Below, piece after piece: positions 50,621 through 63,324 of a DNA stretch of 64,000 nt (position 1 is the first letter of the stretch; each line of letters begins with the position of its first letter). Both the position numbers and the translations under genes were made by a program. Location of the stretch: assembly GCA_964106645.2 (NCBI GenBank), contig OZ067038.1; one strand, written 5' to 3'. This stretch comes from Podarcis pityusensis. Taxonomy: Eukaryota. The notes beneath the pieces were generated by a model, which saw nothing but the letters and a program-made list of their open reading frames with translations, was not told where the DNA came from and made no database searches.

Positions 50621-52437
50621 ATGCACAGCCTCAGCTGATGGCTCTACAGAGAAACCTGGTACAGAGAGCTAAAATATGTTTACCCATCCACTTCTTCCAA
50701 CCATGCTCTGCAATACATTCTAGGTCAGATCCTAGGAGGTCATATTTTACCACGTACTGACATGGAATTCGAAAACACCACCTCCAGACTGGAAGGACTG
50801 CCACTATACGCACAAGGACCTCGGTTGACAGGTGAATTGGAAGGAAAAAAGGTATACCATCCAGTTATCCTTCCCTCTCTGGGACTCTCTGTGAAAATGA
50901 AAATAGCAGTTTGCAAATTGTGCAACTCTTTTTTCTCTCTTGCTTAATTTAATTTAAAGTACAACACCCCCAAAATGGGGGGGATCAAGCATTCGAGATC
51001 ATTATTCTTTTGAGATGAAACTAGATAGTAATCATCTTGTCATGAGTTTCTCTAATGATCTGCCACTTACAGACCAGACTGACAGGAGCCAACTCTCCTT
51101 ATGCAATAGAGTATTTTGTAGGGCGGGCAAGCAACCATGTGCTCACCTTCAGAATGCATAGTATCCTTTAAGCTGTACGCTTAAAATAAACCCAAAGCAG
51201 GTTCTCCAAGCATTCAACTCAATGCTCAAAGGAACAAGGACTAATGGACACTGTGCCTTGCTGGGGTGCTGGGAAATGTAGCTCTGTGAGGGAGAACTGC
51301 AGTTCCCAGGATTCTTTTGGGGTATGTGCATTAGATGTGCTTTAAGCGTCTGGTATGAATCTGCCCACATACTCCATGTGCCTCATATGCAAGAGCATGC
51401 TGTCAGAAGACAGGCAACAGCTAGAAACCATTCTGCCTTGAGGATTTCCCATTTTTTCCTGACTCCAGCCCTCAGTAAAAGAGCTGGTTCCAGGCAAGTA
51501 TGGGACAAGATGAAAAGGATGGAATTGAGGTAAGCGACAACACATCCGGACACTAGGCTAACAGCTGCTGGAAGGAGGATTCACTAAGTTCCTGACCGTC
51601 ACCTTTGTGCACGGTCACTGAACATGCACTGCTACTTCCTTAGACCCCTTCCACATCTGCAGAGCCTATTGGTTCTTCACTAGGGTCCTACAAGTGAACA
51701 TACAGTACAAAGTATTCCCCTGTCAAAGATGCTAGTCCTAGACAGATTTGTTCCATAAGTCTCCTTGGAGGTAGACCTCACAGGAGACTGAAACTGGAGC
51801 TTACCATGTGACGGGTGGTGGAGAGATGAAGGAGCACACCTGCTGATTGTGCATTTACTATTCCTACACAAAGATCTTCATGCACAACAGCTGAGGCACA
51901 CAAAAGAACGGAGCATGAGTGTATCTGTGTACACTTGCCATAAACAGAAGGCTGGAACAGGAGTAGTTGGGGAAGAGAATCTGCTGAGCAAATTTAGGCC
52001 AGAGACAAGTTCTGGGGATTTCAGGTTAGTGTCATTTGGCGGTAGCTTTGGTAAGCCCTAATGTGATCTACTAGATTTTTTAAATGAATCCAGGGGCCAG
52101 GATCGGTACATCTTTAAACAAAAATGAACTCAGTGCTTTAGACATACAACTCTTAAGAAGCATAATCTACAATTAAGAGTCAATGTGCCTAAACATTAAA
52201 AAATAATAACAACATCACGTTTTTGAGTATTTCATCTAATAAAACTTTGCAGATAGCCAGTCATCTGTGCTGAGTAGTTTCAGTGGCTGGGTTGGAATTT
52301 TAGAAACACAAAACCACACTGATCTTCAGAATACAACATGTAGCATTTCACCCCATTTATCCTTTCACTGCCGCCAGGGGCTTCACTGTAACAGTATAAC
52401 TACCACCATGAGCAGATGAAGTATAGTAGTTAAGAGC

Positions 52438-52438
<1 letters not shown>

Positions 52439-52477
<39 letters not shown>

Positions 52478-52572
52478 GTCGTTTAGTCGTGTCCGACTCT
52501 TCGTGACCCCATGGACCAGAGCACGCCAGGCAATTCTGTCTTCCACTGCCTCCCGCAGTTTAGTCAAACTTA
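52439..52572 (-). mobile_element. RTE-BovB 3' end with expanded (CAA)n tail
   Basis: Reverse complement of the 3' end of the 57316 copy; 12-bp TSD TAGTTAAGAGCT (52427-52438, 52573-52584). Confidence 0.9.
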
Positions 52573-54360
52573 TAGTTAAGAGCTACCCTTAGCCAAACAG
52601 TTTTGAGTTCAAATTTCTTCTCAGCTATGCTATACATTCACTGGATGTGCCAAAGCAAACCACTCTTTCAGCTTCAGCTTCCTTTTTTCAGAGTTGCCGT
52701 AAAGATTACTGAAAAAATGTAGATGAAGCTCTAGGAACATAGTAAGTAACTGCCCCAAGCAGAGATTTAAACCTGTCAAGGTCTCCCACATTCAATTCCA
52801 GCACAGTATAAATTACATTATACAGGTCCTCAAGGCACTCCATGATCAACTTACATATTTGTTCTACTGGTGCGACTACACAGCATTTATATTGCAGTTT
52901 CTACAACTAAGTTAACTAACTTACTGTTAATTTTGTTGTGATCCCCAGAGGTCAAATGAACAGACTTGCTACAAAAGCTGAAAAAATGACTGTATTTTTG
53001 CATCAAATTCATGCATTCAAAAATGGAAAGCACAGGAGTTTTGAAGTCATGTAATTGCCAAATTCAGCTTCCTAAGAGTGTCCATTTAGGAATAAAACAT
53101 TTCCAGTCCTTTCAAAGAATGAATAATTTTAAAAATGTAAGATTATATTATTTAAATAAGATTCAGTTTCAGTTATATTAAAAGATTAAAAGTTGTCCTT
53201 TAAACGAAATCTGCATGTAATATAAACATGTTAAGTATGCTGAATTAGTGGTAATTGGAGAACTTCAGCAAACCAAAGCAAAGTGGCTCACAGATTCCCA
53301 CCCACCTCCTATTTTCTTACTATTAGGCCAGCAGGAAGAGAGCAGCCAAAATTACTTTATTATCCTGAATCCCAACTTATCATTAAGTACAAACTAGAAT
53401 CGTATGTAAATCAGCTTTATAACCTACAGTTTGAAGCGGGCTTTTTTGAAAGTGACTAGTTTGTTTTACACCAAGATTCCTATCTGCTAAGATCCAGAGA
53501 AAGTGTAATATTTACAGTTCCTATGTGGAAAAGCACTCCCCCCCCCCAAAATAATTATCAGCCTAGCTTCTGGACACAGAATGCTGGACTATGGCCCTTC
53601 GCTCCAAATGATATTACTTACAGACTTTGCACATATACAAGAAAGCCAGTAAATTAATTTTCATAATCCCCACCTCATCTCTACAGGCAGATATAATTGA
53701 GTAGTGCAAAATACATGATCAGAGATCTTGGATTGTGCTTCAAGGTGGGATAATTTAGCTGCAAACCAATTTGTGTTCATTTGCTGCAGCAACTAAATCT
53801 TGTTCATAGAATATATGAATAACAAAATGGAAAAGTCAATGTACACCAGTGATTTTTAAAGGGCTCTAGTCTTAATGACTTACATCAACAACATTTAAAG
53901 TAATTCACATTTGCCCTTATGTTTGGGAAGATGTTACAGAAAGTGTGCAGCCAATGCCTGCTGAAAGCTCAGAAACCAGAAAGAAGCTGAGTAAGATTTC
54001 TGCTATCAGACTTGCCATTTAAGAATATAAGAAGAGTCCACTGGAGCAGGTTGATGCTCCATCTAGTCCAGCATCCTGTTCTCATAGCAGCCACAATATG
54101 TGGGAAACCTCCAAGCAGGGCCTATTTCAGACATTTACTCCACCTTGGATGCATCTTTCTAATCCACTTATTATGTGGTCTGGAAAGAATGGCAGAGAAA
54201 ATTGGTACCTATCTCTTCCCCTCTGACACCTATTGCATACAATGCTAGCTTAAAAAAAAATAATAATACAGATTTCTGGAAACTAGTAGAAGGCTTGGAC
54301 AAAAAAGGGTAATATAGACTGAAGGGCTTTTGGATTGACTTTTATGTTACTTTTATGTTA

Positions 54361-54725
54361 TAAAAGGTAAAGGTACCCCTGCCCGTACGGGCCAGTCGTG
54401 TCCAACTCTAGGGTTGTGCGCCCATCTCACTTAAGAGGCCGGGGGCCAGCGCTGTCCGGAGACACTTCCGGGTCACGTGGCCAGCGTGACGAAGCTGCTC
54501 TGGCGAGCCAGCACCAGCACAGCGCACGGAAACGCCGTTTACCTTCCCGCTAGAAAGCAGTACCTATTTATCTACTTGCACTTAAGGGTGCTTTCGAACT
54601 GCTAGGTGGGCAGGAGCTGGGACCGAACGACGGGAGCTCACCCCACAGCGGGGATTCGAACCGCCGACCATGCGATCGGCAAGTCCTAGGCGCTGAGGTT
54701 TTACCCACAGTGCCACCCGCGTTCC
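54361..54725 (-). mobile_element. Full-length young Sauria SINE
   Basis: B-box GGTTCGAATCC on minus strand, (ACCTTT) tail, CpGs retained; 13-bp TSD TACTTTTATGTTA (54348-54360, 54726-54738). Confidence 0.92.
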
Positions 54726-55539
54726 TACTTTTATGTTACTTAAGTACAATTTAGGCTAGATTACCCGGGAGTGGTTGCAAGCACATTAGTGGTTTTATTT
54801 TCTTTAAAAAATCCAAATTACAATCTGCCAGCCCATTAACAAGGTTTGAACTTCTGATCTAGAATTCTATTCTAAATGTTATGGGTCTAATCTCAAATAT
54901 ATACAACAAACTAATAGAAATTTCAACAGGAACCGTTGGCCGGTAAACATTATGAGAGACGGATTTAGGTTGGCAAGACCCAATGGCAAGTTATATGTAA
55001 TACGTAATAGTTTTGTTGTATTTTCCAGTTGTCACACAGACCATGCATATATTCTCGTTCAACATAGCAGCTTCAAAGTTTGAACTTCTAGCTAAGCAAA
55101 GTCTCTTTCACTGACCTTGGTGATTTGTCTTTTAAGAGAAGACATACATTTATAATTTACATCAGGTGTGGAATGATATTTTGACCTGTGCTATCCTAGT
55201 ACATAACTTTTTATTTTGTTTTATTTAAGTGAGTGTGCTCAATTTTATACCCATCACAATACCCAGCTTCTCTTGGCACAGATTTTTTTCTTATTTGCAC
55301 AGCTCTGAAAATAAGCTGCCTCTAGCCTAGCCTAGTTCTTTCATGTTTTGGATTTCTCATTTCCTCTCTCCTTCCACAGAAACCACGCACAGGATTTCTA
55401 GAACAGTTCTTCCATGGCTATGATTCTAAAAGTCTGTCCATTCTTTCAGAACCCTGACAATTTCAGCTTATATTTTAAGAAAGGACATTTCCAGATCTCT
55501 TGGTTCCACAAACAAGGGTGGAAAGGTTCTGTAAAATAA

Positions 55540-56062
55540 ACTATTATTAGTATTATTACCCCTTCCATCTCGCTGGGTTTCCCTGAACAGGGCTGCCTTC
55601 AGATGTTTTCTAAAAGTTGTGCAATTCTTTATCTCCCTGACATCTGATGTGAAGGCGTTCCACAGGGAGGGCGCCACTACCGAAAAGGCCCTCTGCCGGG
55701 TTCCCTGTAACTTTACTTCTCACAGGGAGGAAACCGCCAGAAGACCCTCAAAAGTGAACCTCAGTGTCCAGGCTGAATGACGGAGGTGAAGAAACTTCTT
55801 CAGGTATACTGGGCTGAGGCCATTTAGGGCTTTACAGGTCAGCACCAACACTTTGAACTGTGCTCAGAAACGTACTGAGAGCCAATGTAGGTCTTTCAGG
55901 AACGGTGTTATATGGTCTCGGTGGCCATTCCCAGTCACCAGTCTAGCTGCCGCGTTCTGGATTAATTGCAGTTTCTGAGTCACCTTCAAAGGTAGCCCCA
56001 CGTAGAGCGCATTGCAGTAGTCCAAGCAGGAGATAACCAGAGCATGCACCACTCTGGCGAGG
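55540..56062 (-). mobile_element. L2 3' fragment
   Basis: VHALVISCLDYCNALYVGLPLKV...QNAAARLV...LHWL and APSLWNA; 3' terminal motif with ATT-rich tail. Confidence 0.92.
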
Positions 56063-56079
56063 CAGAAGTATGTAAAAAA

Positions 56080-56156
56080 ATGATTTAAATCAAGTCTTAC
56101 TGATTAGTGATTTAAATCGTGATTTAAATCAATTTATTTAAATCAAATCCACCCTG
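56080..56156 (-). mobile_element. Probable hAT-type terminus with GATTTAAATC subterminal repeats
   Basis: Four (G)ATTTAAATC palindromes ending AAATCCACCCTG. Confidence 0.55.
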
Positions 56157-57315
56157 GCTGGAAGTTTATGATACAATACATTTTTCAATGCCTACATCCA
56201 AAGTAGTTTACATGGTACCCCCTGACATTGTTTAATTATAACAGCTATCATCCCCGATCTTTAGTCATGCTAGCGGGGCTTATGAGATTTTTATTTTACA
56301 ACATCTGGAAGGCATCCCATTGGCTAGCCCTGCCCTGGTTATTCAAAACACAAGTATAAGCCTTTGTTAGTGAACATGAAACCACAAATAAACCAAGTTA
56401 AGTACCCTACAGAAAACAAAACAGATAATACTTGTGATTTTGCTAGAAATATCACTTTACCTTAAAGATCTCAAAATGCACAGGGCAAACTGCAAAGCAT
56501 GCATTTGCAGCAGTGCGTAATTACGTAAATGGTGGCTATCGTGTTGGAGATTAAAGGGCGATGGGATAGTTCAGTTATGGGATTATACAGTTAACGGAAT
56601 TGTTTCACGGACCAAATTAATGAGTCAAACTTTAGTAAAGCATTGGTGTCTCTTCTCATTTAGAGAGGCTTATGATGCTAAAAAAAGTTTATTGAAGAAC
56701 CCAGCAACTCAACCCATCATTCATATTTTCAAATACTGAAACATGAGCATGTTTTTTCTCAAACCATAAGACAAGTTATCTATAGTCATATCTCTAACAG
56801 TATATAGGAAAATGTCCATGAAGTGTTTGTCTGAACATCATTCTCTATTGTGAGATAGAACAATAACCATTTATTTAAAAGAAGAAGATTCCATTTCTAG
56901 TTCTGGAATCGACTAAGTAGCTGGTAATCAGTATGAAATCACATACTTGCTAAGAGTTTATTACATTTATTAGCTGATTTTCTGAACAATCAACTGCACA
57001 CAAATCAACATACAAAAATAGAAGTCCTTTATTTCTTTTGCCTTAGTACTTATTTCTTCTGCCTTTGAGGCAGATAAATCCAGGGCAGCTAAGCCAGTCA
57101 TAACAGAATACTTAGCCAAGTCACTGATCAAGTAATGGCAGCACTCCTTCCATAACAGAAACGAGTAGCTGTTTTATGAAATCTGGAGCAAAAACAAACA
57201 TGCTGGTTTATAACTGTCTTGTTTTTAACAACTTGCCTAGGAGTCATAGGTGACCAGGAATGCAGACTACCAGCCTCTCTTAAAGGCTAGTAAAAAAATG
57301 TGCAGGCTAGTAACT

Positions 57316-57834
57316 GGTCTCATCACCTCCTGGCAAATAGAAGGGGACGAAATGGAGGAAGACATCGCCTTGCCAACAAAGGTCTGTATAGTGAAAGCTA
57401 TGGTTTTCCCAGTAGTGATGTATGGAAGTGAGAGCTGGACCATAAAGAAGGCTGATCGCCGAAGAATTGATGCTTTTGAATTATGGTGCTGGAAGAGACT
57501 CTTGAGAGTCCCATGGACTGCAAGAAGATCAAACCTCTCATTCTGAAGGAAATCAGCCCTGAGTGCTCACTGGAAGCACAGATCCTGAAGCTGAGGCTCC
57601 AAGACTTTGGCCACCTCATGAGAAGAGAAGACACCCTGGAAAAGACCCTGATGTTGGGAAAGATTGAGGGCACAAGGAGAAGGGGACAACAGAGGAGGAG
57701 ATGGTTGGATAGTGTTCTCGAAGCTACCAGCATGAGTCTGACCAAACTGCGGGAGGCAGTGGAAGACAGGAGTGCCTGGCGTGCTCTGGTCCATGGGGTC
57801 ACGAAGAGTCGGACATGACTAAACGACAACAACA
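57316..57834 (+). mobile_element. RTE-BovB LINE, 5'-truncated, with internal deletion
   Basis: PTKVCIVKAMVFPVVMYGSESWTIKKADRRRIDAFELWCW; LEKTLMLGKIEG; AWRALVHGVTKSRT; CTAAACGACAACAA tail; possible TSD AGTAACT. Confidence 0.95.
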
Positions 57835-58597
57835 AGTAACTTGTGTGCTTATTTCCAAGACTGGGTTCATGCAAAACTCAAATCAATTTTCAAATTGCAG
57901 TACTGTAACTAGATGAATGATGAACTATAAGCTTCTAAATCTCTCATCAAATCTCTGTGCTCATGGCAGAATTTTCCTAAAAGCCCTGGCTGTCCTTAAA
58001 TCTGATACCATGAGTCAACAGTAACATTCCTGATCTAAATTTCTGCTACTATATTGGGGCCTGCTAGCCTCAGCATGTGCTTTATAAAGCACCAAGAACT
58101 AAGGTTTGCAGTGAATTTGGTTGCTGTTAACATGCTGCTAACATGTGAGAGTGAGAACAAGGCACTCATTCAATAAGGGGCATCAAAAGAGCCTAAATAA
58201 TTCAGAAAAAGCCACTGATATTAATTGCTGTACAGTAAGTTTGTTCAAGAAGCCTTGGTATAACAATACCAAGCTGCCGCATACACCCCAGATCAAGTAA
58301 ATCAATAAAAATACTTATTAATTTACCCACTAAATTTGATTTATCTGACCCCCACTAACATGAAGCCTGCCCCCCCAACATAAATCCTGGCTACGCCCAT
58401 GAATAATAACTAACTGGGGAAAACAACTACAATACATTAATAAACAGGGAACATAAAAGGAAGAGAGGAAAGCTGTTATAGGAGAGAGAACTGAATGTAA
58501 AAGGATACGGGAGGTGAGATGAAAACAACTGGAGATAATAAGGTATAAGGAGAATGGGAGAAGAAATTACAGGGGCTGAGTAAAATACGTTCAGAGG

Positions 58598-59359
58598 TGT
58601 CAGGGGTTCAGGAGCAGAGGCAAGGGCAAGGGAGGAAACAGAGAGCGAGGGGGAGGAGGCAGAAGAAAAGATGAGTGATGACGACGACCCGAGATCTCCG
58701 AGTCTTTCCAGTGAATCAGAAGATTCACAGAAAGGAGCACCAGTGGCCAGGGCAAGGGGGGAGCCTAGGGGGACACCCCAGGAAGATAGAGCCAGAGGGG
58801 ACTCAGAGGGGAGCAGTTGGAAATCGGGACCAGCGTCACCGCCAGAGAGCAGGGAAGAGGAAGGGCGCCAGGGATCAAGCGCTGGCAGCTCACAACAGGG
58901 GGGAGGGCACGAGTCAGGAGTGGCCACACCTCCATCGGGGAGCGAAGAAACGGTCAGACGGAAGGTGGAAGGTTGGGCGCGCGCGCCAAGTTCAAATGCA
59001 CAGGAAGGTGGCGCAGTAGGCAGCCCGGAAAGGGAGCCAGGTCCTAAAGCCCGCCGAAAGGAGGGAGAAGAGTCAGGGGGGTCAGCATCAGCGTCAGAGG
59101 AATCCCGGAAGGAAGAGACCCCGGGGGGCAGAGGGACCCAGAGAAGAACAGTCAGGCGGAAAAGGTGGAGCAAGGCTAGGATATTAAGTTGGTGTACAAG
59201 GGGCAGAGACTCAGATGGAGCTTCGCCGATCTAACCATTAGACGTAGGGTTGCACGCAGCAGCTTGAGAATGGAAACTGTAACTCAATAAAGACTTTTAT
59301 TTAATGATCGCTGGCTAGCGTGATCCTCTGTGAGCTAGGATCTGGAAGCAACTCTGACA
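58598..59359 (+). mobile_element. Solo LTR (762 bp), probably Gypsy-type
   Basis: Termini TGTCAG...CTGACA, exact 5-bp TSD AGAGG (58593-58597, 59360-59364), AATAAA at 59286-59291. Confidence 0.9.
58671..59234 (+). CDS. Hypothetical LTR-encoded ORF, 187 aa, low-complexity S/E/G/R-rich with basic C-terminus
   Basis: ATG-initiated ORF wholly inside the solo LTR; frame already open from LTR base 2; stop ~50 nt before AATAAA; no recognised homology. Confidence 0.35.
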   Translation: MSDDDDPRSPSLSSESEDSQKGAPVARARGEPRGTPQEDRARGDSEGSSWKSGPASPPESREEEGRQGSSAGSSQQGGGHESGVATPPSGSEETVRRKVEGWARAPSSNAQEGGAVGSPEREPGPKARRKEGEESGGSASASEESRKEETPGGRGTQRRTVRRKRWSKARILSWCTRGRDSDGASPI

Positions 59360-59462
59360 AGAGGCATGTCAGGATGTGAAGGGAAAATATATATTTAAAA
59401 AAACCTTCTCTGCTTAGAGCCTTTGGATCAGCAAATTTGGGAGGTTGAGCCACATGTCTGTA

Positions 59463-59691
59463 CAGTGGTACCTCTGGTTACGAACGCTTCTGGTTACGAA
59501 TGCTTCAGGTTGCGAGCTCCGCTAACCCAGACGTAGCTGCTCCTGGTTGCGAACTTTGCCCCAGGATGTGAATGGAAATCATGCACACAGCAAGAGGCCT
59601 CATTAGCAAAAGCACACCTCAGGATAAGAACAGTTTCAGCTTAAGGACGGACCTGCGGAATGAATTAACTTCATAACCAGAGGTACCACTG
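59463..59691. mobile_element. Tigger-like MITE (~226-bp family, diverged)
   Basis: TIRs CAGTGGTACCTCTGGTTA / TAACCAGAGGTACCACTG, TA flanks. Confidence 0.9.
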
Positions 59692-61969
59692 TACTGAGAT
59701 TCTGGGAAACTACGGAACTCCTTCCACAATGAAAATTTTGAGGCAAAGAATTTAGATATCAGTAGACAGGGATGTCAGCAATTTCCAGCTGATTATGCCA
59801 AATTCTGACTCCATCTGTTTCCATTCTGTGATTGGCTCTACCCCTGCACCACCACTTTGTGATTGGTGGTCCTCAGTAATTTTCAACCATCTCAAGTTGA
59901 CCCTAGTGGTAAGAAAGTTTGAGAATCCCTGCTCTAGGGCATCAGAAAGTTTTCTGATGCAAGTTATCCTATGCAAATTTCCAGATGATTTTTCTAATTC
60001 AAATATTCCTGGAAAACCCACATCACTGGTACTGGGTTAAATAGGCAATGAGAGCAATGAGGCAAGGAGTTCACATTGCTACTGAAGCAAATAGTTGCTC
60101 ATACTGTGGAGCTGATTTGGAGGGGAAGGTTTTATAAGGCCTGTTACTGGCCCATTTGCTTGTGAGATTAGTGTGGGGTTAGTTAACAGTCAAGCCCCCT
60201 TGGATCAAAAAGTTTAATCTGTCTGGTTAACAGATGAGAGTGCTGGTGGGTACAGGCACTAAGACACTAAGTTATCCCCATTCAAGATCTTTCCTAGAAG
60301 AGTCTCTGTACCTTTAGAGCAGAGACTCCTTCCTCAACTCCAAGCTTAGCAGGAGATTATAATATTGTTCCTCAGTGTGCTTCCAAGCATAGGGTGGCAC
60401 AGAAGGTCCCAAACATTCTGCCTATGGCTTGGAAGGGATATATTAACTTTCACATCATACTGATCACAGACAAGTGCCTCCACAGTGCAGAGACAAGATC
60501 TCACCATTCTGGGACAAAGTCCTGGCAAGTATAAATTTTGGCTGATTACAAAGACCAGCCAACATTTAGGAACTATTAAATCCAGGTCTTCAACAAAAGC
60601 AAGCCATAATCTCTAACCCAGGGTGGGGAAACATTTTCAGCCCAAAGGCCACATTTCTTCATCAGTAACTTTTTTAGAGCTGCATGGAAAATATTTTTAA
60701 AGTGTTCGTCTGAAAAGAAACAGTCTGAGAACTTGGATTCAAAGACAATAGAATATATGTGAGAAGCCAGAGGACCAAGTCACAAATGTACACGTCTCTA
60801 ACTTTTGAAAGTTGGCAGCCTATCACAGTAAATAAGAGGAATGTTTGAGTAGGAGATGAATAATGAATGTGCTCTGAACACAACTGGAGTGTTTACAGTA
60901 GTAAACTAATTTGCACTGCTCCAACTGTTCTAACAAAATCAATAGCAGAAAGTGTCAAAAAAATAAAAGCTTTATGTGCAATTACAGCAATATAAATATT
61001 GATGCACAAAATATAACACATCTATCCACTAGATGATCAAACCTTCTTTTGGACAGCCTCCATGAGACGCACCATAAGAACTTCCAAACCAAATGCATCA
61101 AACCTCTTCATTGCTTCCTGTTTTGTTTATTTTCCAACCATGCAAGGGACTACCTGCTACTCTTATTCTCTTACTAAAGAAGTAGCTATACAAATCTCTA
61201 CAAGGAGACTAAGTAAGGCCTGCATGTGCCTGCCAGAATCAAATTGCAAACCCTAAATTATATAAATAAAAAGGCAGTATAAGTGCAGTATATGATATGA
61301 TATTGTTTTTATATTTCCTTTCAGTCCAGAAGAATCACCAATAAAATACACACCACAATAACACCAGGATTGCTTCTGCAGCGCATGGTACAGTTCTGAC
61401 AGTATATAAACCAGTAGTGCCTGAAGAGCACACATGTTAAGCAGTGAGAGTGATAAATTTAAGAACTGGGAAGAAAATCAGAAATGAATTACCCCAGATC
61501 AGAAAACTACCCTTCATGGGCAGGGCCCAAATCCTGTCCAATTTCAAAAATGGCTCATAACAGGCTCACCCCAGAATCAACAAGTCCTTCCTGCCACCTG
61601 TCTCTCCCCTTTCTCAGAAAGTGTCATTGCAAAAAAAGGAGGGGCCAATGGCAGGGAATACTGTAGAAATACTATCTTTACGAGTAGAGGTAATGTTTGA
61701 GACCCAGGTGCCCATCAAGAGGATCCATTACTATCAGGGAATATGAGAGGCTGTGTCACCAATGCCTCCCACTCCAGCAACAAAGAGGATATTGAGAACT
61801 CTATTTCCCAGGCTCCCCCAGCAACAATGGAAATCCCCTCTAGCATCCAGGCCTTTAAAAATATAGTATCTCTGGCACTGCTGAAATCTTCTACCCTACC
61901 CTTCCTGACACCATTAGTAATGGTAGGTTTGGGGGGGAAAGGGCTGGAGAAACCAGGGCTGAAGGGGTA

Positions 61970-62382
61970 CAGTGGAACCTCGGTTGCTGAATGTAATCCG
62001 TTCCAGAAGACAGTTCGACTTCTGAAATGTTCGACAACTGAGCATACCTGTCAACTTTCAGATTTGAAAATAAGGGATCAGCAGCCTCACCTGTCCCGGG
62101 GACAGTCTACAGGATATCTAACAATCCGGGATAGCAGCGGGAAGCAGCGGAAAATGGCGCTGGAATAAGGGAATTTCCGGCAAAAAAGGAAAGGTTGACA
62201 GCTATGCAACTGAGGCACAGTTTCCGGTTGTCAAATTCCTTTTTAAAAATGGAGAAAAGCGTCTCGGAAGCCGTTCAACTTCCAAGGCGTGTTCGAAAAT
62301 GGAAGCATTCACTTCCAGGTTGTCGGCATTCGGGTTTCGAATTCTTCAGCTTCCGAAGCATTCAACAACCGAGGTTCCACTG
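61970..62382. mobile_element. Tigger-like MITE interrupted by a hAT MITE
   Basis: TIRs CAGTGGAACCTCGGTTG / CAACCGAGGTTCCACTG, TA flanks. Confidence 0.9.
62043..62206. mobile_element. Nested hAT-type MITE
   Basis: TIRs CATACCTGTCAAC / GTTGACAGCTATG; exact 8-bp TSD CAACTGAG; same TIR family as 36938. Confidence 0.9.
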
Positions 62383-62607
62383 TACTTCACTGAGCCTTGT
62401 CATTCTGAACTCTCTCAAATAATTCTTGGAAAGGACTCCAGTTTCTGCAAGAAACTAGAGAAACAGGGAACCAATTGCAATGCGGCATGGTTGTGGAGCA
62501 GCCCACCTTTCACTGTTTTAACTACTTGTGAAACAAATAGTTTTCCCACTTTTCTTTATGTGTCACTAATGGGAACATTATTTTACAGGAAAGTAGGATA
62601 CATTGCT

Positions 62608-62960
62608 GGGACGGGGGTGGCGCTGTGGTCTAAACCACTGAGCCTCTGGGCTTGCCAATCAGAAGGCTGGCAGTTCGAATCCCTGCGACAGGGTGAGCAC
62701 CCGTTGCTCAGTCCCAGCTCCTGCCAACCTAGCAGTTCGAAAGCACGTCAGAGTGCAAGTAGATAAATAGGTACTGCTCCGGCGGGAAGGTAAACAGCGT
62801 TTCCGTGTGCTGCTCTGGTTTCGCCAGAAGCGGCTTAATCATGCTGGCCACATGACCTGGAAAAACTGTCTGCGGACAAACATCGGCTCCCTCGGCCAGT
62901 AAAGCAAGATGAGCACCACAACCCCAGAGTCGTACGCGGCTGGACTTTACTGTCAGAGTC
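62608..62960 (+). mobile_element. Sauria SINE
   Basis: Head GGGACGGGGGTGGCGCTGTGG (A-box), AGTTCGAATCC (B-box), typical body; flanking repeat TACATTGC. Confidence 0.9.
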
Positions 62961-63324
62961 TGAGGGTACATTGCAGGAAGGAAAGATTCAAGGATGTGTA
63001 ACAAGGTAAGATAATAAATATGAGCATAGTGTTTTTTCTGTTCTGGCACCTCAAATACACTAGGCATTTGGCTCGTTTGACCTTTGCAACACTTCTGTTA
63101 CTCCAAAGAAGTTTAAATCAGGAAAACAGTATGGATCTGTGCACGCTTTATCAGCAACACAGATAATAAACTAGTTGTACATAAGCTCCACTATTCTAAG
63201 CAGCCCTGTGCCAACCTGACAGAAGTCCAAACCTGAGAAGATTCTGTTAGACTGAAGTCTGGGGATTAGAGAAGCTAGTGACTTGGAAGTTACATCTGTT
63301 GCGACAATTTTTAAGATGCTACTT

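Noticed and set aside
54640-54725. tRNA-like A/B boxes (also at 62608 and 46156)
   Set aside because: SINE heads, not tRNA genes; no cloverleaf, followed by SINE bodies
58427-59173. 248-aa antisense ORF over the solo LTR
   Set aside because: Runs across the LTR boundary into flanking DNA; best explained as a compositional shadow of the plus frame
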